Part shown: piece after piece, positions 9,720 to 21,724 of the stretch | Layout: every line of letters begins with the position of its first letter | Numbering within the stretch: the stretch's first letter is position 1 | Source: Schizochytrium sp. TIO01 | Lineage: Eukaryota > Protista > Bigyra: Labyrinthulomycetes | Length of the DNA: 64,000 bases | Direction: 5' to 3' | Assembly: GCA_004764695.1 (NCBI GenBank) | Contig: SMSO01000031.1 | Location: forward strand, 3,944,436 to 4,008,435 | Notes under the pieces: model-generated | Databases searched by the model: none | The model's input: the letters and a program-made list of their open reading frames with translations, nothing else | What the model was told of the DNA's origin: nothing | Program-made: the position numbers and the translations under genes

Positions 9720-11483
9720 TTACAGGGTCATTGCCACAAGCTCTCGTAGCATCTGTTCATCCTCTTTGCGCACAAACCTCCCCTTGACACGCAAGCGAGA
9801 GTCTGCAAAGTTCTTGCGTACATCATATTTGACCTTTTTCATCCATACACGGTTTTGACGCTTCTGCAAAAACTTTTCAATTCGGCGGCGGCGAGAATCT
9901 GGGGAGTATCCACCAATATGACCAGTCTGGTTGATGTTTGCAGGGTCTGGCTTGTACACAAAGGCAGGTGGTTGCTCAATTGGAACAGGGGCTGATGTTT
10001 TGTGGTCATTGGTTGTAGAACGAGGGTGCAGGGGAGGTTGTCCTCCCCTGACACTGTGATGCTGATGTGCTTGATGGGCTTGTTGCTGTTGTTGTTGTGC
10101 TTGTGGTTGTTGAATTGGTGGTTGCTGTCTTGAATGCACCTGGGCTTGCGGCGCAGCATGCTGATATTGTTGATATGTTTGCTGTTGCTGAGGAGTTTGT
10201 TGATGCTGCACAGGTTTGACGGTAGGTTTAGGTTTACTAGGCTTAGCCTGCTGTGGTTTAGACACCTTGGGCTTAGAGTTGCGAGACTTGGACTGTGCAC
10301 TACCAGGCGAAGCATCCTCGCTCGAGTCTTGGTGCCGAAGGGGCACCCGGGTTCCGCGGTTCCGCGTGTCGTATTGGCTTTGGTGCGGCTGGTTCGGGAG
10401 CGTGGCTATGCCTCCAGAACGTGTTCGAGCGGACCTTCCGTTGTTTCGCATGGCCCCAAAGGAAGACAGCGAGGAAAGTGAGGAAAGGCGTGGCTCGTTG
10501 CCGTCTCCCATCATATCGGCGCCATCTAGAGCGTCGAATCCAGGGAAGCCTGCGCTGCCGTAAGAGTTAGGTGCTCTACCAGACCCTGTGTTGGCCAAGA
10601 TGTCTTCGACACATCCGATAGAGTCTCTGTGCAAAGGGCGGTTAAGCAGGTTCGAGGTAGAAAGGTTAGAGCCAGGACGTGCGAGTAGATTAGACCCGCT
10701 GCTTCCCGCAACACCGCCGTGCATCGCACTGCTGCCTACAGAGCCCATACTCCGTGACGGACTGTGAGACATCGGCGAGTATGGAACCTGCGGCGCGCTG
10801 GGGTCGTCGAAGATGTCCATGCCAAACACCTCCATGAGAGGTGCGCCGAAGGAGATGCTACGATCCCGATTGGAGGCGCCGTTGACAGGAATGGGCTTGA
10901 CATCTGGTGTGATGAGGGGCCCTGGGCGCGAGGAGGAGAGGGAAGAGAGAGAGGAGTTGTTGCGGCGACTGCGTGATGATGGGTCTTGTTTGAAGGGAAT
11001 GGGAGCCGGCGCGTGTAGAGCGCCGGGAGCGAAGTCATCAGCATCGTCGTTAAAGGAGAACTCGAACTGGCCTCCACCGTCTTCCTCCTCGCCGAGGAAA
11101 GGGTCTCCGTGGCGATCCGAGGTGACGGAACCCACATCGACGTCACCCACGTTGAGGAAGTCCAAATTGAGGTCGCCATCCTCGCCAAGAAGGTCATCCA
11201 TGTGCTGGCGTCCAAGGCGGAGAGTGCCTGAGTCAATCATTTCGCGCAGGACTGAAGGGTCGCCATCCTCAATGCGCTTCATGAGAGGCTGCAGAGAAGG
11301 GTCATCACGGATGATAAGGTCCTTGAGAGCGCCTTTGGTGTCCTTGTCCAAGTTGCTCTCCTCACACAGTACCGAGGCGCTGCGCAGTCTGTTACTAATG
11401 CTGCCGCTGCGAGGCCGCTTCATCTTGGGCGGCTCCAAGCTGCCCACGCCATAGGCAGGCGGCGTATGAGACAGCAAATTCAT
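9720..11483 (-). CDS. CCT-domain (CONSTANS/CO-like/TOC1) protein with Q-rich low-complexity region
   Basis: C-terminal CCT motif GGYSPDSRRRRIEKFLQKRQNRVWMKKVKYDVRKNFADSRLRVKGRFVRK. First ATG at 11483 (MNLLSH..). Confidence 0.88.
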   Translation of the reverse strand: MNLLSHTPPAYGVGSLEPPKMKRPRSGSISNRLRSASVLCEESNLDKDTKGALKDLIIRDDPSLQPLMKRIEDGDPSVLREMIDSGTLRLGRQHMDDLLGEDGDLNLDFLNVGDVDVGSVTSDRHGDPFLGEEEDGGGQFEFSFNDDADDFAPGALHAPAPIPFKQDPSSRSRRNNSSLSSLSSSRPGPLITPDVKPIPVNGASNRDRSISFGAPLMEVFGMDIFDDPSAPQVPYSPMSHSPSRSMGSVGSSAMHGGVAGSSGSNLLARPGSNLSTSNLLNRPLHRDSIGCVEDILANTGSGRAPNSYGSAGFPGFDALDGADMMGDGNEPRLSSLSSLSSFGAMRNNGRSARTRSGGIATLPNQPHQSQYDTRNRGTRVPLRHQDSSEDASPGSAQSKSRNSKPKVSKPQQAKPSKPKPTVKPVQHQQTPQQQQTYQQYQHAAPQAQVHSRQQPPIQQPQAQQQQQQAHQAHQHHSVRGGQPPLHPRSTTNDHKTSAPVPIEQPPAFVYKPDPANINQTGHIGGYSPDSRRRRIEKFLQKRQNRVWMKKVKYDVRKNFADSRLRVKGRFVRKEDEQMLRELVAMTL

Positions 11484-14400
11484 GGCGCCAGCACGCAGAG
11501 ACGGAAGGTTCCACTCCACGCAGACCAAAGGAAAAGCGAAGGTATCCCACGAAGGCAAGCAGGAGAGACTTGAACTAACGCTTCTATCAGTCTGGGGGTG
11601 CGCCACAGCGGGAGCGAGAGGGGCCAGGCGATCAATCGATGCGCAGCCAACTCGCAATTTATGATTTCTTTCGCATACCTCTTGCCCTCTCTGATCCTTC
11701 TTTCTCTCTCAATGGAATATGTTAGCAACACTAGGTGCTATCTAGCGGCTGCCTAATAGGTAAATATAATTTTCTTTTTCTTTCTTTCTTTATTCTTTCT
11801 GTCTTTGTTTCTTTCTTATGTATTGTCACTATTCTATTTTTTCCTTCTTTATGGGTAGTAGCATTAGTGTCTCCTTCTCAGTGATGTGTAGAAGGCCTTT
11901 ACGTGTCGAATTCCGTACACCTATGTTTTATGCTAGACTATGTCCTAGTCACTGTGCTTCTTTAGGCTGACTCCGCGGCTCCGAGCGAAAGAGAGAGGGA
12001 AAAAAGATGGAGAGGGCGGAGAAAAATCAAGAAAAAGCTGAGAGGAAGAAACTCAGAGAGAGAAAGCGCCCTCAGTGAGGAGAGGGGGGAAAAATGGGAA
12101 TCAGAGTGACCATCCAGAGGCAGTGGAGACTGAGGCAGAGGGAGCAAAGTGAAGGGGAATGGCAAGAGGCAGTGATCTGTGAGGGCGGCTGACTCAACAT
12201 AGCAAAGACTTCTCCCTCTCCCACACTCGCCTAAGAAAAAAGAGAGAATCATGAGGAGTAGTACTAGGATGATAAGGGTACTGTACAGGAATAGGCACCA
12301 ACTAAGTACTGAAGGCCGCATTTTCATCATTTTCTTTCTGCATTATCAATTTTTATTTTCGTTCATTTTTGTTAATAAAATTAATTAAAAAATAAAAAAC
12401 TAATAAATAAACGATAAAAATTCACATTTTCAAATAAAATTCTAAAAGCATGGTAATGCTGAGAGACTTCGCATTCAACACAACACAAGAATAAGGTGAA
12501 ACGGAGGTTATTAGTAGTCCGAAGCACGGCCTTCGAAAGTCAGACGTCTGTCATAAGCAAGCTATAAATGATACATTCAGATTGGGCTTGAGATTTGAGG
12601 AATGCAGAAGGGCTTAAACAGAGATTTGCAACTTAGGTAGGTAGGTAGGTATCATTGTACTTGGATAAAAACTCAAGTTAAAACATCTCAGACTGAGAAA
12701 TTTTCGCTAATAGTTACTTATACGCACCGGAGGTGGTGGTCCGTGCAAGGCTCACTCTCAAAATGCACTCCTCTCCAAAGGGGAAACCACATCGATCTTG
12801 AACAGACAGACACCCAGTATTCAACAAAATATCGACCCTATGGAGGTCCAGCTAATTCTCGAAATGGTCAAAGAATCGCCCAATCGCTTAAATAGAGATA
12901 TATCACTAGTAAATAATGGTTGTCTTTTTTTGTTGTTCTGCATAACTCTGCAAAGTGGAGTGGAGTGCCCTCGCTAGCTAGTTATTATGCAGTTCTATTC
13001 GAGTTGCCCTTAAGCCTGGTGTGTGCATGTACTAGGTAGGGTAGGCGCATGCTACAGAAAAGCTAGGTCCCTACACTAGAGGGCCTAGTCTGGCTAGAGG
13101 AGAAAATGAAAAAGAACGAAGGGAAGAAAGAAAAAAGAAGAACGTGGCGCGGAGTGAATAGAAGATCCCCGAGCGCAGACTAGGAGACGGCCAGAGCTAA
13201 CTTGGAGGAGAGCTAGCTCGTTAGCTATACGCCATGATTCACAACGATCTTTTTGAGGGTAGGAAGGCGGAGGCCAAGGTCTTATCGAAGCGGGCGGTGG
13301 CAGAGACACTTCTCTTGTGACGAACTTGAACAGAACCGGAGAAAAACCCTCTAAAGCACTTCAAGTTGTAGGCTATTTCTTGACCTCACCATAGTAGTGG
13401 TTCTTTTCATTTCAGAAAAGAAATAACTTGAACATATATGTAAAATAAAAATAAAAATATAATGACTCTCCATAGTAATAGGTAAATAGTAGGTAGAGAC
13501 AATCCACACAATGCAATGTTTGAAAGCCTAACTATTGAGAGGAGTGGATAGAAAAGACAGGGAAAGTAAAGGCTATCTGTTTTCTTTCATTTCTACTATG
13601 TGTCAAATTAGTAGATACCCTACCAACTGCCCACGATCATGTGACAGAGAAACTATAAAAAAACTTGACCATAAAGATTCACCAAACCAAACTCTCAACA
13701 TTTGATTCCTAGGGACTTATTAACTAGGGATTGGTTTGAAACCTCAATCCACTTTGGCAGAAAATATTGATCAGTATCAGTTATGGTCTTATGGCTCTGG
13801 TTCATTACTATTCTTTGACTCGGTTTTCAAATATATTCCAAAATACACACATGCCTTGTTTTTTTGATTTATGCTGGTTTTTCGAAGCCGCTGAGAAGAA
13901 TTTATATTCAGAATAAGTACTAAGATTTCACAAGCTCATCTATTGTTGCACGCAAAAAGTGCTACTCAGTGGGGACCTACAAAAATTAAATATGCTTATT
14001 TACATCTTCTTTTCTTTTTGTAAAGTTAGGCCTAGGTGCGTAGGTATTACATTACTGGACCCATTACTAGGGATGGTGCTTTCTACAAGTAGTAGATAGT
14101 TGTAGGGAGGTACCTGATCTATTAAGGAAAGCTTTTTGAACATGAGACAGAAGACATCCAAGAAAAATGGAGTCGCGCTACGGTGATAAATGTTATTAAG
14201 AATCAATACATAAGCTTTAAAACAAAGCATGATCACAAAGGTACTATGAGAGGCCAACTTCTTACTAAAAGCTTGCCATGGTGCAACGTGAAGCACAGAA
14301 AGCTCCAGCTCGCAGGTGTTCTCCCTTCTCTTGAAAACAACAAAAAATTGATTTGTGAGGACCTATTAGTCTCTGGCTTTTGTGAGTGCGATGTTGCAAG

Positions 14401-16040
14401 AAAAACTTTAAAGCCGGAAATGGGAGAGCAGAGATTGCCATTTAGTTTTAAAAGAGGGGTAGAGTAAAATAACGATGAAGAAAGAGGACAAATAAACTGG
14501 CCTTCAACTTAATACTGCAGCTCAAATACAGTAATCCACATTTTAAGTTATAACCTGTCAACGCTTTTATTGCATGTCTTCTTTTGTGTCTCGTCAGTTT
14601 TGAGGTGCGAAAGAGCATAATACTTGCAATTTTAGACGTAACGTAGGTGATACTTCAATACGTCAAACTTATTTAAATTCTAGTACGCAGCATCAGAAAC
14701 ATATTTGATCAGACTCGACGTAGCACCTACCTATGTAGTAGGTAGATTCAAACAAATCATTTAAGATTTTAATTTAAAGTTCACAATACCTGTAAGCCTA
14801 AGTGATTATTTGTAAGCATGGGAGCTTCCTACCAAATTCATATGCTACTCTGAGTTGCAAATTCCGACAGTGCATCTTAAAGAACAGGCAGTTGAAATTT
14901 CTATATCTATTGAAAGCAAATGGTTATGTGGCAAAAGGCAGGTTCTGGTACTGGGATTTCAACGAGGCCTACTCTTTGATAGGCTAGTCCGATCAAATTT
15001 TTGACCTGAGTAAAGTTTCAAGTCACAGCAATAAATCAGCCCGCATTCTCAGGATCTCGGCAAAAGCGCATGCTTTATACTTTGTTAAGCCGATAGGTTT
15101 TATAATAGTTTAATCTATTCCAAACTCTACTTCGAGACCCGAATAAGTTTCTCTATATCCTTTAGCAGAGTGCTCATTTCAAAAGATGAAAACCGGCAAT
15201 GCTGATACTCTATTTGAGTGAAAACTGTTTCAATACTGGAAACTAATACAGAATTTGCGTGGTGGACCCTCCCGATGAATGAATACTCTCTCTAAATTGG
15301 TCAATCATACCCTTGATCCATGGCCACTAGAGAAAGCTCAAGCTATTTTGTAAAATTGCTATTGAATTAGATTTTCCCTCTATAAACCCCTCACAGCAAT
15401 TATAGTTTCTAGCTCTTGTACTACGGAAATTAAAGTTTTATCAATGATAGAGGCGGACAAAATTCACAAAGTCGCTCAAACTAGGCTTTCCATGGCTCGG
15501 ACAGCATTGAAGTTAGTTGGTCCTGAGAGAACAAATATAGACTAAAACTCGAGCTCTCTTTGCCAATGTCATATGCTCAATGATATCTCGTGTAGTACTA
15601 CCTATTACCTCATATCAGCTTAGACAGAGATGATGAGCAATCCTCTTCTTTAGGAATTTATTTTGAAATTTATTATTTCATTTTTAAATAGAATTAATAA
15701 TAGTAAAGAAGCAGAAGAAGAAAGAAAGGAGTAGATACGATAGTTTTCTGTTAGTGACCTTCTAGTACCTACTTAGGTACGGTAGACACGCATATTTTCT
15801 ATTAAATATTTCGTCTCACTCAAAATCATATACTGACAACCTTCAAATGAAACACGTGCTTTCTTTAAACCTAGGATTGGACTCCTATTATTTTGGTTAG
15901 TTATAAGAGTAGCAGCTACGCACCCAGAGACGCACGAAGAAGCGCCAAACTCGAGCGGGGGAAGTCCAATACGCTGCACAAGAGCTCACGTGCGAAGCGC
16001 TGCATTGGTAGGCGTGAGGAGAGAAAGCCTTCAAGTCAAA

Positions 16041-16514
16041 ATGGGGTCTGCAGCCACATGGCAGCAGTACCTTGAAACCCAGCTTACAGAAACTGGAAAT
16101 GTGGACGAAGCACTCATGGTGGGAAAGCAAGATGCCGCTGTCTGGGCCAATACTCCAGAGTTCTTGCCTCGACAGTATGAGGGCAACGTAACTCAGGATG
16201 ACGGCACTGAGGTCAAACAAACTATCAATGAGGCTGTGATTCTTGTTTCTGTAGCACAGACATTACGTAAGCCTGCAGAGGGCCTTCGTGTCAATGGTGT
16301 AAAGTACATGCCAGTCCGTACGTATCCAAATGGTTCCGCTGATGACGGCCTTGCTACCATGTACTTTAAGAAACCAAAGGGTGGCGGCTGCCTCGTTGTG
16401 ACAAATCAGTCGCTCATCCTCGGTACCTTTGACGAGGCCAAAGGTCAGTCAGCAGCCGCTTGTAACTTTGCAGTTGAGGCTCTTGGCCGTTATCTCTACG
16501 AAGCTGGCTATTGA
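16041..16514 (+). CDS. PFN: Profilin
   Basis: N-terminal TWQQYL, VWA, GLRVNGVKYM, KKPKGGGCLVVTNQSLILGTFDE, C-terminal LGRYLYEAGY. 157 aa from ATG 16041. Confidence 0.92.
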   Translation: MGSAATWQQYLETQLTETGNVDEALMVGKQDAAVWANTPEFLPRQYEGNVTQDDGTEVKQTINEAVILVSVAQTLRKPAEGLRVNGVKYMPVRTYPNGSADDGLATMYFKKPKGGGCLVVTNQSLILGTFDEAKGQSAAACNFAVEALGRYLYEAGY

Positions 16515-17478
16515 TCACGACTAAGAAACTTCAGCGATTTCAAACCGAGGTTCCCTATAATTTCGTCCAATCTCGGTTGCTGCTGCTTACTAGTTTTGTC
16601 TATGATTATTCCTGATGCAATGCCATGCCATGAATCTTGATGATATTTTCTGTGTTCGTTCTCACAATTGTTTTCATGTGCATTGCAGAGCCAAGAGCTT
16701 CCAGCGTTTCTTCTTACTCCCTCCAACTCTTTCCATATACTACTCTCCTTTTCTACTCTCTGCTCATTAGTTTGATCATTTAACATTTGGAAAGAGCACA
16801 CTAGACATGCATGGCTGGCTGATTAGTGTGCAAGTCTTTAGAACTAAAAAAAGTTTTGTTTGTTCGTGTGGTTGCTTGATTGATTGCTTTGCTTGCTAGT
16901 CCTTTCCTATATTTTACTGGCGTCACCAGCTTGTCGTCTTTTGAGACAATCAAACTTTTCAAATAGGCTTACGAGGTATAACATTGTCCCTAGTGCATTA
17001 ACAAGATAAGATACAAATTGGCCAGAGCAATACTGTAAGGAAAATTTAGACACCCTGTTGATCACGACAGCAACAAAATTTCTAAATTTGAAAATAAAAA
17101 AGAATCAAATACCTTGATCATGCGAGGTAATTTAATTAGTTGGCATTGCAAAGGGTTCCCTGCAACCCATTTATCTTTTGGTTGATAAACTCGTTCTATT
17201 TAGTCAAGGTCAAGGCAAGAGTGGTAGATTCAAAAGTTAAAGGGAAATGATGTCAAACTTTGCCGTAGTTTCAACGCTCAAAATCGAAAACTTTAAAGAG
17301 AATAATTTGCTTAGATGAGGCAATTCGGCATTCGCCTTGAATAAAGGCAAACTTGCAAAGAGATGGAGAAAATGCGATGCCAACAGAATTTTATGCAAGG
17401 TAAACCATTAGCCAATCCTGGACATCAGAGATTGCAATCAATATTGCTCACATGAAATTGATACTGCAACTGTGGAAC

Positions 17479-18375
17479 TTAAGCAAGTACTTTCGGAGCA
17501 GGCGGACGGTACAGTCCTAAGGAAACAAAAAAGGAAATGAGCGCACGTGTTGTGAATGCCTGGATCTTCTCCTTGACCATAAGCATAATTGACATGGACA
17601 GAACCTGTTGGAAAAGCTGCGCCGAAAGACCCTTGAAAAGTCCCTGAAAACCTTCAGTCTTAATGATATGAGCCATTGCCTGGAAAAGGTTTTTCTTATC
17701 TGGACTATCCTCAGACTCTGTCTGAGCAATGCAGCGACACATATCCATGGGGTAGGCCGCCGTCACGGCGATGCAACCAGAAAATGTTGCCAAGGAGAAT
17801 GCCTCAAGTGCAGTTAGATCACCTGGGCGGTTACGAAGCATCATACGGCGGACTTGATCATAGACCGACATTTGGATTGCTGGTTGAGCAGCGCCTAAAA
17901 TGTAAGCGTCTAGAGAGACATAGAAGCAGCTGAGACCTCCTTTCTTATACATTTGCCGCGCTACCTCAAAAGCGCTAACAGAGGACTCCTTAGAGGCCTG
18001 AACACGAGACACAACAGCCTCCATAGGCATAACGATAGGGAGTTCAAATACTTCAGAAAAGTACCCAACTACTAGATTCGACAAAGTATCTAATCCCTTG
18101 CTCGGATCGGCCATCATGGATAGCCGAAGCTTGCTGAGAATGGTGTAAAGGTAAAAGTAAAAGAATTTGCCTGTCACAGACTTCGCAAGCTTAGGTCCAA
18201 TGCCCTTGTATAAACCAGCAGGACCACCTCCTTCCTCTTGGAGGGTATCCACAGTCTCCTTAAATCCTTTACCCGTTGTAGCCATGCGGGTCTTGATTAG
18301 ATCGAAAGGATAAACAAGAACCTTTGAGCAAGCGCTGCCAACGCCTGCATTGGTAGCTTCGATAAATGCCTCCAT
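17479..18375 (-). CDS. Mitochondrial carrier family (SLC25) protein, peroxisomal adenine nucleotide carrier-like
   Basis: Three repeats with PX(D/E)XX(K/R)-type motifs (YPFDLIKTR, MPMEAVVSR, YPMDMCR); GLYKG and GLFKGL; FFYFYLY and QPAIQMSVYDQ resemble the PNC/ANT1/PMP34 subgroup. Confidence 0.85.
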   Translation of the reverse strand: MEAFIEATNAGVGSACSKVLVYPFDLIKTRMATTGKGFKETVDTLQEEGGGPAGLYKGIGPKLAKSVTGKFFYFYLYTILSKLRLSMMADPSKGLDTLSNLVVGYFSEVFELPIVMPMEAVVSRVQASKESSVSAFEVARQMYKKGGLSCFYVSLDAYILGAAQPAIQMSVYDQVRRMMLRNRPGDLTALEAFSLATFSGCIAVTAAYPMDMCRCIAQTESEDSPDKKNLFQAMAHIIKTEGFQGLFKGLSAQLFQQVLSMSIMLMVKEKIQAFTTRALISFFVSLGLYRPPAPKVLA

Positions 18376-20965
18376 TGTGATGATTTAATCCTGTTCTACC
18401 TTGATTGATCTATGTACCCAACTTGCAAGATTTGGTTCTCAGCGAAGTATTTTTTCTACAAACCTTGGCAACCTGTGAGGAGACCTATCAAAGTCCAATT
18501 GCCGCAGCTCAAGCGAGGGATAATAGTGCGACAGACGGATGTCTAGCGTTGCGTTCCTTCAGTTTGTTTTTGGAGAGAATGGAATGAGACGAGTCCTACC
18601 CTATTCTTAACGTTGGTGCACCAGCTTTCACAACCCAAGCAAAGCAGAGCGTTGCTTGACCCTATTAGGCCCTCTTGCAACCTTCACTCAATCACCCTGG
18701 ATAGGATAAGCTTTATATACAGTTGCAAGCCTTCCTGTGCCACACCCAGCTTACAGAGTTTCCCAAGGCTCTTTCACGAACTGGTTTCACCGCCTGTAGG
18801 GAATTCGATTACTACTTCTAGTTTTGTTTTTGCTCGCAACACTACCTTGCTATTTTAAATCTGCTTTGATAGGGTATTACCCGAGGTTACTCTCTATGCC
18901 AAGAATGAGGATAGTAGTGGTCCTGTCAAGACATACCTTTAACCCAGCAAACTGCTTTGTGAGCACGTCGAGGAGCCCGTAATGGACCTTTTGTACATTG
19001 TCTTTCCTCCCTCTGTGTTTCTCATAGGTAGAACCCGCCCCATAGCTTAGCGATACCTCTACAACATTTACTACTAAGCATAGCTTACCTAGCAATACAT
19101 CTAGTACTAGCTGCGGTCGGTATGACCTTACATGTCATTTTGTATTCTCTTTCCTTTCCTCCTTTGAAGTACTACCAATCGTACTAGTACCTATGTAGCA
19201 GTCAGTGATTTGCGTCTCTGAATGATATACTTTTCAACTTTTCAACTTTTCAACTTTTTAAATTAAGTAAAACAATTTTAATTTTAAAAGAAATGCCTAA
19301 TCATTGCAGGTACTATGGTACTACGAGGATGATGAGTGCTAGCAAAGTAAGAAGATAGGAGTACCTATTATGTTGTTCAATTCCCAGATACCTTCTACAT
19401 GTAAGGTGCAAGCAAGAGCTGTATCCCTCACATACGGCTTAATCACTTAGCTTCATATAATAAAAAAACTGATGCATCACTGGCAATCTCACTGAGTAAA
19501 AGGAAGATTTTATGCTTATTAGCATCGTCTGACACTTCCTAGTTTTCCAATGCTATTTTGCTCCTTCCCTACTTGAAGCGGCGGACTGGCCTATGAGTGA
19601 ACTAGTAAAAGGTACGAACTAGGAAGAAATAGAGATCCATTTTCTACGGAAACGTGAGCCAAGAAGGGCTCTTGGAAAATGATTCAAAGTTATCAATACT
19701 TCGATATAAAATAACTAAGATATTGTGATGAACCTTTCAATCATAATTATGCTATTATTAATGAAGTAAGCATCAGTTTCGTTAAGATCGAATTAGGAGT
19801 TATGTTCCATAGCAATTGTGATGTATAGAACAAAATTGATAGCAGAGTCCTTCACCAAACTGCTAGCACAACTTAGGCACTTAGGTTTGCAAGATGATAA
19901 ATTTTACCTGGGATTCTTATCGCTCTGCTTAGTAATATACACGTTTCTACCCTTGCTAAGCTGAGTATACAATGATGTATCATTGAGCTGCACTTAAATC
20001 TATCTGGCGGGGAAATTGATACATCTCGATTTGGTCAGATTTTCTAAGCACCTCAATAAGAAGGCTAGCTACATTCTCATAAATGCCGTGCTTGCGTCCT
20101 CGGCATCTTGAAACAGTTTCTCTTCCCACGTCATGTATTAAGATGCATCATGCATCAACTATCTTTTAGTTTCATATTTGATTTTCACGTGGAGAGAGAA
20201 TTATCAACCGCGATGTTCCCCCGATTTCTTCTGTTTCTCAAACTTTGATTTAACTCAACGCCTTTGTGCTTTCCTGGTTTGGAACGGCTTTGATTTGAAG
20301 GATTACAAATACACTACGTACATATTTTTATTCATTTTTATAGCTGACCCACATTTTATGAGCTGACATCACCCAAATAAGCTCGCAACATTTTAATGAA
20401 AATTGTAGTGAACAGACTCAGTATTGTAATTTTAGGTTATGTGTGTACGTTGGTGCAATTATTATATTAGCATGGACCGGCTGGCACCACAACTAGTAAT
20501 AGAAAAAAGTTCTTCACTGTCAATATAATCCATTCCATTCTGTGGCCGCCTGAGGTTATGATGGACAAAATGTCACATAATTCTACACTGACAGTATCTC
20601 TAGAGAATTCTGACCATACCAGAATACCAATATCCAGAAAATAATTGTTCTATCGTGTTTAAATGTTCATAGTACCTATCGTCAGTCTGATTCGGTGGGA
20701 GGTTGTGGAGAGTTAACAAACAGCTGCTCGTGGGGGGGGGTGGTGCTTAGCTAGATAATCCTCTCTGCCAACACGACACACGACCTTACTCGCTCACCTA
20801 ATAAACTTGTCAAAGCTGACCTGGCAAGCCGGAGATTTCACTTGGAGTAAAACCACTCCAGGCAAGAGAGGCTGTGCTTTCAGGAGCCGCGCCTTGACAG
20901 TATCTCATTGCCCTTGCGATTGAAAGGGGTGTGAGGCATCGTAGTAGAGTGTATTGAACATCACA

Positions 20966-21724
20966 ATGGACGGCGAGGACCTGTATCTTGTGCTCGGAGT
21001 AGATCGAGGAGCAGATAAAAAGACTGTACGGGCTGCTTACTTACGACTTGCAAAGCTCCACCACCCTGATCGTGGAGGCACTGAAAAGAGGTTTCAACAA
21101 ATTCAAGAAGCCTATCGAGTTCTGTCAGACGCGGAAGAGCGCGCTGTTTACGATCGTGCAGGTGATCGCTCTTCATGGGTTGCTCAACGCTCAACAGAAG
21201 ATGACCACTTTGCAGAGCATTTGCGAAAGCAGCGTGAGTTCGCTAACCAGTTTGCTGATGCCCAGGCTCAGAAGAAACCCTTCTCGAATTATAATATTGA
21301 TGAATGGGAACGTGCACATGGTCTTGGAAAATATGCGTCTGACCAGCGCTTTACACCTGAGAATCTGCGAGACTTTTATGTAGCGATGAATATGGCACAG
21401 GAAAAGGAGAACCGAAAAAAAAATGAGCAAAACATGTCCAAACATCAAGCTTTTTATTATCGCCAACAACAGCGAGACCGTATCGAGAAGATCCGCGAAC
21501 TTTGGGAAAAGGAGCATGGGAAACGATCCATGCATACCAGCGCAAGATTGGCAGCTGATCGAAGCTGCGGTTCCTTTTCTAGTTTTCAATCACCAGCTCT
21601 AAATACAACGCAAGAGGCTGGCGGACAACAGCTGCAGCATCGTGGAAGTGCACGAGCTTCAAATTTGACAAATAAATCATCGTTCATGAGAGGATTACAA
21701 TACTTCTTGAAAAGAGTTCGCTAA
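20966..21724 (+). CDS. J-domain (DnaJ type III) protein
   Basis: DLYLVLGV..VRAAYLRLAKLHHPDRGG..FQQIQEAYRVLSD..RAVYD with an intact HPD. ATG at 20966. Confidence 0.9.
   Translation: MDGEDLYLVLGVDRGADKKTVRAAYLRLAKLHHPDRGGTEKRFQQIQEAYRVLSDAEERAVYDRAGDRSSWVAQRSTEDDHFAEHLRKQREFANQFADAQAQKKPFSNYNIDEWERAHGLGKYASDQRFTPENLRDFYVAMNMAQEKENRKKNEQNMSKHQAFYYRQQQRDRIEKIRELWEKEHGKRSMHTSARLAADRSCGSFSSFQSPALNTTQEAGGQQLQHRGSARASNLTNKSSFMRGLQYFLKRVR

Noticed and set aside
10134-11454. Long antisense ORFs over the CCT gene (and similar ones over CPR, RING-CH and RGS)
   Set aside because: Shadow ORFs from codon bias on the opposite strand.
14183-14467. Short ORF with KTKH..LLTKSLP, faintly like a copia RNase H end
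   Set aside because: Motif spacing is too short and there are no other retroelement domains or LTRs.
15575-15670. GTGTAGTA plus ATCAGCTTA and ATTTTGA, reminiscent of U2 snRNA (sought as a partner of the U6 variant)
   Set aside because: Helix I spacing is wrong, stems I and IIa are weak, and the downstream sequence is AT-rich with no stem-loops III/IV.
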